DNA of 58,233 nt from a virus (taxonomy: Duplodnaviria; Caudoviricetes). The DNA lies in IMG/VR virus record IMGVR_UViG_3300021379_002051, positions 1 to 58,233 of that record; one strand, written 5' to 3'. Within the stretch, counting starts at the first letter, position 1, and the number at the start of each line of letters is the position of its first letter. Below, piece by piece: positions 11,401 through 21,200 of this stretch. Made by a program: the position numbers and the translations under genes. Below the pieces are notes generated by a model. It was given only the letters and a program-made list of their open reading frames with translations. It was not told the DNA's origin and ran no database searches.

Positions 11401-12199
11401 TACCAGATGTTGGAAAAACAGAAAAGGCCTGTTCCTCATTGCTAGATCCTAATAAGAGTTTATTATCTGTTGTATCCCAATATAACATAGAGGCGCCAAA
11501 AGAACCACCACCAGCATTATATTGAATACTACCGGTATCTCCGATAGAATCAGACAATGCTGAAAAATCTTGTGTAAATATTTCTTTGCTCGGAATACCT
11601 GCTGTCTGTGTATTGTTATAGTTTAATATTTTCCAAGAATTTTCAAAAGCAATAGCTCTACAACCATCGTTAACTTGTAAAATTTTAACTAAAGACTTAT
11701 CAAAGTTTTTCAAGTACACCTTATGGTGGCCAGTCATATGCTGAAATTCTATCAGAAGATTTTCGCTGTCTGAGATTGGTGGTAAAATAATATCAATATC
11801 AGAAGATGAAGAATCTAAAACATAAATTGCCGATATAGCATCAGCCTTAAATGAGGCATTTTTCAGTATTATATTTTTTAAGCCAGTATCAAAATTATAA
11901 GAATTGGCATAAATATACAGCTCATTTTCTACACCAAAAAATTGACCAGATGTTTTTTTATCTATAACCTTATGTTTTTTAACAATTATTTGTCTATTTG
12001 GCAAACTTTCTACAAAACCTATACCAATTTCCCAATGAATACCATTTCTGACCAAATATGGTATATAAACCCCGAAATGTTCTGAACTCAGAGTATTGTA
12101 ATCCGCCAGTTCGCCAGTGACTAGAAAATGGTCTTTTTTATCGCTAACCTGACAACCTATATTATCAAACACATATATTGGGGATTTGAGCATTTTCAT
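8405..12199 (-). CDS. large tail protein with FGE-sulfatase (SUMF1/CLec-fold) domain
   Basis: Motifs FGTYDQNGNVYEW, GGSY, GLRVAS, NKPVVYIDY..RFINWL, LPNLNQWHKAAY; directly downstream of the tape measure. Confidence 0.75.
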   Translation of the reverse strand: MKMLKSPIYVFDNIGCQVSDKKDHFLVTGELADYNTLSSEHFGVYIPYLVRNGIHWEIGIGFVESLPNRQIIVKKHKVIDKKTSGQFFGVENELYIYANSYNFDTGLKNIILKNASFKADAISAIYVLDSSSSDIDIILPPISDSENLLIEFQHMTGHHKVYLKNFDKSLVKILQVNDGCRAIAFENSWKILNYNNTQTAGIPSKEIFTQDFSALSDSIGDTGSIQYNAGGGSFGASMLYWDTTDNKLLLGSSNEEQAFSVFPTSGNYDTVINQDKQNSSFIVNGSGTRNLYFDYDGRLGLNIPSGTSPQTLMHLVNMSCSEGIRLDNRSVCHPANITLFHKPTGTTISDGDVIAEIYMASNSSDNISNDIDYVRLKGVAELSDDANRKGRFDVYTSDAGSYVRTFRSSSDYSRLGISSNHISLDNTSGINAIYNNEAIKISNTGISLESASDIKISNPDGDTTIISSAVNIDADNISVGNSSASTLTLPTVSATELSSNNIIIPNISTDSVLSIGSDNQIIAATSPKLPVSANKILSTATGGYITGIYDVDEFFRTDNDVNWFKYTTRLATVYNRSIIFQTVVPFSEYSVGDQVELLINGVRTYRTIGAVFVADGVISEFTVGQSLGRTQLTDVEVVNITKGGYFVMGKSVAPGTVSDSTQNILSSRPNLATTFNTAQKDIDFKVYGTDAEPALYVKANVGKINTPSGFYHNFAMSLPKCEPCPKDRVAQAYEPFPITINSSGEGISNHNNSANYNRLNDPGDVLYNGLISDVGTNGRPSFFGTYDQNGNVYEWIDDLAVTSRPSFMYSAGGSYKTSASGVDFNGASILSSGLRSIQSLSAISGHDDVGLRVASIPGLEFEASLDYIENATGLNMNFATVGYENNLSDQATIYEYLPDNQRYIASEVMNLGMVRNKYRIAIFTVINDQYVKFLNIVAQYNDRGLYDSRMGSDVVGGITRYRSSSGSPWEYSIKTGMENKPVVYIDYISSLRFINWLHNGAPQSPSDIDVVLDDGAYNIFEIGTDSFIVTKNPDQKYYLPNLNQWHKAAYFENLDNYSSQDVSAVSIKTETPHLVGSGIDDQGLICNTYANLSVKGWLYADHIIVGDGSIKSASKYINCNGAFAGGTDTVGGIGSTVSSATTTSESTVINGVSQEIPDLSTDWIPPADVVGDRLCPNHCSEFLRTSGVPLDDPRLINAVKVGEVAAGSIYCICPCANLNCQAMVGGGCSCEGSDPPNIFEPGAEPDVIDINNPAFDSIIGPGFF

Positions 12200-12248
12200 T
12201 CCTTGTTTTATCTAGATAACACAATATTATACACCTAGTTGAGCTTAT

Positions 12249-15200
12249 TTATTTGAACTGCTGAGGAATAACTATGGAACCTTCATTAGCCACCCCAAGA
12301 TCACCAAAGGCTTTTCTAATAGCGTTATTTACTATACTTTCAGCTGCTTCTGTTAAATTATTAGCCCCTGTTAAGTTAACCTGTACATTACCAGTAAATT
12401 GTATTTGTTCCGGTAGATTTATACTTGCTAAATTAGATACGATATTATTTACACTTCTGGTAAAAGAACTAATAGCATTAACAAAAGATTCAGAATTTTC
12501 TAATATATTAACACCACTCAAGACGCCAGATAATGTTTTGGCTCCTTCAGTTATTGCGGAAGAAATGGCTGTTTTGGCGTCGTTTATAGATTTTTGTTCT
12601 ATTTTTAGTGGAACAGGTTTCATAACCGCATTGCCGCCAGATACCATGCCAGCATCTTGATAATATTTAGGCTGAACTATGCCTCCTGTTGCAAATCTCT
12701 GGATAGCCTGACTAGATGATAGCCCACTACTTCCAGCGTTATTAATAGCCTTTAGCAAGGGTAGGTGCTTTTGTGTGGACTGTCTATTTATAACAAATTC
12801 ACCAGGAGTGAGCATTGCTGGGACAGTATCTGTGCCTTGAGGTTGGAAATTAACTAACGTTCCGTTAGAAGCATAAATTAATCCACCTCTTGCTTTGGTT
12901 TGTACTTCTTGCTCTTTTTGCCTTTGGGCTCTAGCTGCTTTGATTTGCTGTAATTTTTCATTGTCTGGTATAAGTCCTAGAACTCCGTTAGTAAGAAGTA
13001 ATAAATATTGATTCGCTGTTTTAAGAGCCGCATCTTCAGCAGCTGGCGACTGCGCAGCATTAGTTTCGTCTAAAAGAAAATTGTCTTGCTTAGCTAGGTA
13101 GGATCCAACATTTTTAACAGCTTCTGCAGCATTCATAAATCTAGCCTGCATTAAAGTATTAACTAAATTATCTGTAAAAGCCTGCCTTACCCCAGACGGT
13201 AAAACATTGTACGGATTCAATACTAATTTACCTACACTCTTCAAATCTTTGGGAGCTTGAGCCTCGCTAGCTTGAGAGCTGGTAAAACTACCAGTAGCTG
13301 CGTCTACTTCTGCTAATTCTACCTTGCCACTCTTGAATATATCAGCTATGGACTGTCCGTTTATTTTATAGTTTTGATCAACTGGTTGATTTAATGCTGT
13401 GGCATCTCCACCCAAAGACAAAGCACCTTGTTGTGTGAGGAATTGACCATATTTTTGTATAGCCATAGTCATCGAAGCTGCATCTTTCAAGACGGGTGGC
13501 GTTTCACCATCGCTCATAGTAGCTGGGAGACCCAGTTTGCTCAAGACCTCTTGTTTTTTATTTTGAGATATCAAGCTGAATATTTCACCCAAAGCTTTTA
13601 ACTGTCCAAATATAATTGCAGGCATATCTGTAGCACTTCTAGCCCTAGACCCAATATAATCAGCACCTTGGGATACATATTCAGCAAATGCTCCTAGTCC
13701 ATCAATACTACCTATGTTTGGCAAGCGGCCGCCCATAGCTACAATATTTCTAGCATATGGTATAACAACACCCCTAACAATATCTTGAATAACACCAAGA
13801 TCTAACCAATCTTGACCTTTTGTTTTAGGATCTATCGTGGCTGATTTTCCGGTAATAGCTTCTCCACCAACTTGACTTAGATATCTTTCTTTGAGTTTAA
13901 TTAAGCTATCTTGTAATAAAGTGTTTCCTTCTAGTGGTATTTTTTCCTTCGCATTTTTAGCTATAACTGGATCCAGGTTAATTGCTGCAATATCTGGGTT
14001 TATGCCTTTTAATTCCATTAGACCTGTGATACCAGGTTCATTCGCAAATATATTGTTTTCTTTATCATAGGCTGCAGCAAGAGCGTCGTAATAGCTTCTA
14101 AATTTCTCTTGTGCCGCAGCGAGATCTTTAAAATAAAGGGTTTTTCCGGCGAGGGCGGTACCGTCAAAAGGATTCAGGGTTGTATCATAGTTCATTCCAT
14201 CAGAGATCATAACTCCTTTTAATGAATCTCCAACTCCGCTGTATTTATTGGCCTGGGTATAAGAAGGCATCTCAAACTCTTGGGCGTTAAATGCTCCAGT
14301 GATATTTTTTGATCCTAGACCAGGACCTATATCTGCAAAAACACTAGTCAAATCGAAAGACTGTAATTGTTTTTCTCCTATCTTAAAACCTGCAGGTAAT
14401 TCTGCAGCTGTCTCTTTTTGTGTTCTGTCTTCTCCAGCAAAATATTTGCTCACAAAATTTGCTGCTAGTTTAGCTCCTGACCATAGATAACTAGTACCTC
14501 CAACACGGGCACCGTCACCATAGGCGCCAATAGCATCAGCATCTCTTTTTTGTTGAGCATCAAATTTACCTATTGTCTCGTTCCATTTATCACGAATACC
14601 CTCAATAAATAATGCAAGGCTGTCTCCTTTTGTTTTGCTTTTCCACTCTTTATTTAGATTATCAGTCCCGATAGTTGTATAAACACTACCTAAAGAACCA
14701 CTCTCTAAATTCTTTAGCCGATTACCAAGATTAGTATTGGCTGCTTTAGACGTGCTAATACTGTCAAAAAAACCAGGATCTCCAGCATAACTATCTAATG
14801 TAGATTTTATACTCTCTACATCATTTTGAGCAGTGAGTATCTGCTGCGTTAATTTCGCCGGATCTTGATATCCCGTTGTATCGGGACTGGTAATAGTTTG
14901 GGGACCAATCCCAACATGTCCAGGAATTCTAACTTTATTTCCAAAAAAGGTAGAATCTCCAGAATTAACTTCTCCAAAAGTATTGACTTTTGTAGTGCCG
15001 TTGGTTGGTGTTGGCTGATTGCCTTGTAGTTGAGGTAATACGACTAACCCATCATATTGATCTCTATCATTTAGTCTACCAAACGGACCATACCCTCCAG
15101 ATTTGGTATAAAAAGGAATCTTACCATTTCCTGGCTGTAAAAATTTTACATTATTAGCAGGTACCAAATCATTGGTTTTTTTAACAAACTGTAAAGAATT

Positions 15201-18200
15201 TAATTTCTTAGAAATCGCCTGGTATTTATTAATAGCGGCTTCAGCAAGGGATTTCTGACCTTGTATAGAGTAATAAGGCATAGCCAGGTCAGGAGAAGTA
15301 CCAGGATATCCTTCAGGCCCAACCCTTTGTATTTTATCATCATAATACAGATCTGTAGCGCCTGGTGAGATTTGTGGAACAGTACCATCGGTGTTTATAG
15401 GTATACCACCACCAAGATTATCAAATCCTTGTGAGCTAGGTAATGGTTGTTGAGTCTTCCACTTTGGAACTTTATCTCCTCCAGTAAACAATCCAGCCTC
15501 TTGTAAGCTAGCTTGTGTAAAAGGAGGATCACCAATTTTCCAGCCAATAAGAGCCGGCGCAGGACTACCCAACAAATTCATTTGTTCATTTTTTAAAACC
15601 TTCTCAACATCTTCCTGACTACTACTCTTAGAAACCCGTTTCAAGAAATGTGCGGTATAATCAAAATTGCCACCATAAACAGGCACATAATTCCCTTTAG
15701 ATCCAAATATCGCACCTTCACTCAATTCGTCAAATATTTTAGGATTAATATAAGGAATCGGGGATCTACTAACATTCTGCCTATCCTGATCATCCTCATT
15801 CTCTTTAGCCCAATTGGTCTTGTACCCACCAACTGTTCCACCCTCAGCATAATAACTAACGTCCCCACCCTTGCTTTTATTTATAGACTGTAATAAAGGA
15901 AGATGCTTTTGTGTAGAAGCTTTATTGACAACAAACTCTCCGGGTGTAAGCATAGCAGGTACAGTGTCAGTACCTTTAGGTTTAAATATCGTATTAACAT
16001 TTCCTCCATCAGCTTTGTAAATCAAACCTCCGGTGGCTATACCGACAGCAGGAACTGGCGCAGGTTGATCCGCACCAGGATTGTTGATACCTGAGATCAG
16101 ATCCGTAATTTGTTTATCGTCAAAACGCACCACACTATTTTTAATAGCTGCTTCTATACCTTTTTGAGTTTGATTAGCGATATCGTTAGCTAAGTTATTA
16201 TTAATATTGGCCAATTCGACATTTGCTTCTGATTGTTTTTGTATAGCGTCTTGGTATGTCTTTATCGCTTCTGCTTGCACAGGATCAGCTTGAGGATTGC
16301 GCATAGTATCCAATATTTGCTGAAACATTGGTGTTACACCAACTCCGCTCTGTTGCAGCATGCTCTGCAGAACATTGGCTTTTAATGGTTCAGCCTGATC
16401 GCCAAGCAAAGGAGCAATCATATTGAATAATTCCAAGTCCTGGCCTCTTTGCTCGGATGTTGTTCCAAAATTAGCAACACCAGACATATTTCTACTTAGC
16501 CTGAGAGCTGATTGGTTAAGTTCATTAAGTTGTTTAGGAGTACTAGTCACGAGCTTTTCTATGATACCAATACCAGCTCTCTGTTTTTGTTGAGCTTGTT
16601 CTATCTGTCCCAATGCGGCTGATGCTAAATCTGTATTTTCTGCCATATCTTTTAAAGCCATTACATTTTCATTAAGACTGACAGAAGTTTGCTTGATTTG
16701 TTTTTCAAACTCTTGAACGGTCCCCACATCACCAGCAGCTTGAGCAGCAGCTTTACCTGATTCTAAATTGGTTTTTTGATCAGAAAGATTGGTAATATTG
16801 CGTCTAATCTGAGCAGGGTCCGTTGATCCGCCTGTTCGACTGGTAATCTTGCTTTCTATGGCATATCTTTTTTGTGCTAGAGAAGTATTTCTACCTAAAG
16901 CTTGAGATAAAGCATTATAGCCATTAATAACTATCTGTTGAGCATTCAATGCTCTGTTGTTAGAATCTATCTGTAAACCAATCAATTCGTTGGTACTAGC
17001 AGAAAGTTGCTCAAAAGTACTTTGTAAAAATTTTAATCTATTTTCTACAGATTGACTAGCAGTTTTAAACGACTCTAAAGCTTGGCCAACAGCAGGAACC
17101 TTTTCTACGATTTCAGAAAAGTCTATATTATCATCGCCTTCTTTTCTTAAGGTCGCAACCTGTCTACCTATTTCTGCAGACAGTTTCTCTGAAAGACCAG
17201 GAGGTAATCCTATATTTTTCAATTGCTGTTTAACAGCAGAACTAACATCGGCACCCGTTTTTTCTTCTGTGGTACCATCAGCAGAATTAGCCACAGCATT
17301 ATTAACAGCTCCTAATATAGTATCTTCCAGCGTCGCCCCTATTTCTAAAACTTTACTTATAGAATCTGAAGAACTACCGAATCCAGCTGTAGCTTGGCTG
17401 AAAGAACTCTGCCTTTCTTGAGCAGAAAAGGCTCTTGGTGTGGAAATCACATCAAGTAATTGCTGTATCCCTGTAGACGAACCAGAGGTTGCTTGTCCCT
17501 GCATATTAGCTATGTTTTCTTGCATAGCAGAGTCCAACTGTCCTAAAGTGCTTACAGATCTAGCAATAGCCTCGTCCATATTCGCCATAATTCTACTAAA
17601 TGAATAGCTTAATTTCTTGGTAGCGTTGTCTAAATCTTTTAAGGCTAATTCAACATTGACTTGCTTGGCTTTTTCTAATGCTACTCTTTGTGACTCTAAA
17701 GCTATAATATTATCTTTAAGTGCTTTCTTTTGTCCCTCACCCAATCTTGTATCAGACTCTATAAGGACTATTTGCTTTTCTATAGCCTGATTCTGTCTAG
17801 CAAGCGCCTCTGCATTCTGATCAAAAGCAGCAGAATCCATAATGTCGCTTAAAGATTCACCTTCTTTTAATCTTGCAACCAGAACATCTTCGAATTGTTT
17901 GGCCGATTGTGCATATACGTTGGAGCTTTCTTTTGCAATTTTTGGCGCAAGCTCCGACATATATTTTAATTCTTTTGTGGTATCTCCAAGCACTGCAAGA
18001 TATGCCAGTGTGCCCTTTTCTTGTAAAATAATAGATCTGTTTGCTGCTCCTTGTTGTCCTCCTCCAAAATCTCCACCACCTCCCATCACGCCTTCTGTAA
18101 GGGTCTGTAATATGCTAGCTCTTTGAGTCTGTACTCCCATGTTCTTAGCTGCTTCTTGAGCGGCGGCTGCAGATGCTGCTAATGCTTTGTCGAGATTGTC

Positions 18201-21200
18201 AAGTTCATCAGACAATGGGTCTCCGCTTTTTGCTAGTTTCTCTAGGGTGTTTTTTACAGTTTCTGAACCTTCTTCTATTTTATCTTTAGCAGATTCTATT
18301 TTAAATTTTCTAGAAGCTTCTGAGGCATCAACGAAAGCTTTTCCTACAGCTAGAGCAGCTGATACAGCAGTTGTCACACCAGCGCCAAATCTTAATAATC
18401 TACCCTTAGTTCCTTTAACATTTTTTGTAAGATCTCGCAGCTCGCTACCAACAAGAGTTACGACCCCAAGATTAGTAGCAAGGCCATTGGTAAAAGATTG
18501 ATTGGCTGCTTCAGAGGCGGTAGTTGCTTCTCTATTGCCATTAATCGCCGTAGATAATAACGGTAAACCGACAGCAACACTAGTAGCTAAACTAGATAAT
18601 CTATCTAACGAAGATTGGGTTTTTGTTACATCTATATCCGGTGATTGTGCTGGAACCATGGTGGTCCCTCCAGCTCTGCCAGAACGAGTAGCTGATGGCG
18701 AACCACGCATAGCTGCGCTCACAGCGGGACTCCATGCTGTAGCTGCACCGCTGTCAACAGCTTCTCTAGAGGCCGCAGCTCTTTCGGCAGCGGTAGCTCC
18801 ACCTCCAACAGATGCGCCTTCTGGAACAAAGCCCCCAGCAACACCTCTTGCAAAGCTGGCGTTACTAGTTTTTACCTGACTTTGAACAGCAGCTGCAAGA
18901 GCAGCATCAGCGGCTGATGAGTCCGGAGGTTTTGCTCTAGAAAATCTACTTGCTAATCCAGTCAACGCCCCCGTTGCTCCGCTTATAGCTCCAGTAAGAC
19001 TAGTCCAGCTGGATGATAATTTTTGTGTTATAGTTAAGCGTTTCTTTGCAGCTGCAGTTTCTTGCTCTATGCCCTTTATTAGTTTCTTTATGTATTTTTG
19101 TTCCTCTGCGTATCCTAAGCCGCTATCCCTTATACTCTTTATTCGTGCGGCTATCTCTGTGTTAATTCTGGTCTGGGCTGCTGCACCTCTTTTGTGGGCT
19201 GCATGGTTTCTTTGTAATTCAGCAGATAGGTCGCCAGAAAATACAGTTACCTGACGTATAGAAGCATCAGCATTGGCTATATTGTCAGCCTTTAATTGAC
19301 CACTAAATCTTTCTAATGCTCCTATAAAAAATTCAGAAGCCCTTGTGATTTTACCACTAATACCGTCCAAGCCTAATGAACCAACCCTATCGTTTGATTT
19401 TGGCTTGCCTCCCCCTGCCATTTTTTGTACTCTGCCACCACTATGGTATTTATTAAGTTTTTCTAAATTACCATAACCTATAGACCTAGCAGAATTTCTG
19501 TTGATGACATATTCGCCTTCTTGAGCAAGAATGGGTACCTCTCCTCCATAGGCCATGCTTGCCTGCTTTCTCTGTCTATATGACCATCCTTTACCACTTT
19601 TTTCAAAGCCTAGTTTTGAAATCGCACTAGCGCTATTTTTAACTGACAGTCTTTGCGCTAATGCAGAGCCGGAATGTACTCCTGTTTTTAGATCTGCTGG
19701 TATGTCTCTTGTTGGTCCTTCCACCCCTTGTTGCTTCGTAGAGTCTGTTCTTTCATTCATTCTTTGTTGAATGGCAGCTTGCACCTTGGAAAAATCTTCG
19801 ATTGCTAATTGGTTAGAAATTTTCTTTTTAAACTCTGAGGGTTGTGTAGAATTTATACCTTTCTTAGCATCTACATACTTAATCTTTTCATCTATGGCGA
19901 AAAGGCCAGTATCGCCACGCTTCACTAATCTACCCAAACCATTAGTAAAGTCAAATGGTCTTTTATCTTCGCTTGCTGCAGAAGCTATGGGCTCGCCAGC
20001 TAACCCCTGTATCATTTGTTCGAACATAGAACCAACTTGACCGCCAGGAATACTAAAGTCTTCTGCAAATTCTACATTGGACACTGAAACATTAGCACTG
20101 CGTCCCCATGCTTTAGCAGAATTTTCTATCGCTTCTTTAGTATATTTTTGAATAGCGCTATTGAAAGCCTCATTTTGTCCCTCTCCAACACCAGCGACTT
20201 CTGTATTGTATGTTTTAGTTTTTGATCCACCAAGAACAGTCCTTGAAATAATACCTTCTATATCTTTTAATGGTAGTTTACTAGCGGAACCAATCTGAAT
20301 TTTGTTGCCTGTTGGTGCTGCATATAACTTGGCAATGCTACCAGAAGCAAGTGGGGAAACTTGGGGATTGGCAAACGCGACGTCCTTAGCAGAAATTGGT
20401 ACTTTCCCTAATTTATTATCCAAAATCTCTGATATAACCATACCAGCTTTAACTTCTCCACCAATGTCAAACTTTTGTACAAATTGAACATTACCAAACT
20501 TTTTATATAAGTTACTATCAATTTGAGTTGGGGCTTTCATAGTGCCCTTAAGCTGACCTATAGATCTAGTATCAGGCAAGCCAGACGACTCAGCATCAAC
20601 AATTCTTTGTTGTCTTTGACTCATAACCTGTTCTGAAGAAGGCTGTAAAGCAATTACCTGAGCAGCCCCAGACATTAAAGATTGAGCTTCTGTGCTAAAA
20701 TCTCCGGTTTTGGTAGCACCAGCACCACTTAATACAGCAAATCTAGCATATTTCTCTATATCAGCAGCAGAACGTATAAAATTTTTACCAAATTTCCTAG
20801 TAGCAAAAGTTGTTTTTCCAGAACCAGCAGGACCACTTATTACGCTATACGGCTTGCCAGAACTTCTAATAGCGTTAAGAATCTGTTTACTACCAGCACC
20901 AATCATGTCACTATCAAAAACACCAACACCCCCGACCTGCTTGCCTTGTTGTGTTTTTTTTGTCTGACCTCCGTCTGCAAACTTTTGCCTACCGCTAGCA
21001 ATATCACTAATAGTTTTATCGCCTAGAGCGTTGGTAGCATCAGTCCTAATAACATAACTCTTTGCTGGAATTTGAGTATAAAAACTATCGGCTCTACCAG
21101 TTCCAGGAACTTTTGCCAAGCCTCCTTTTGCCATTTTGTCTGCTTTATTCATCCTGTTTAAGGTGCCAACGCCTATTTTCTTAACAACTTCAGGAGAAAC

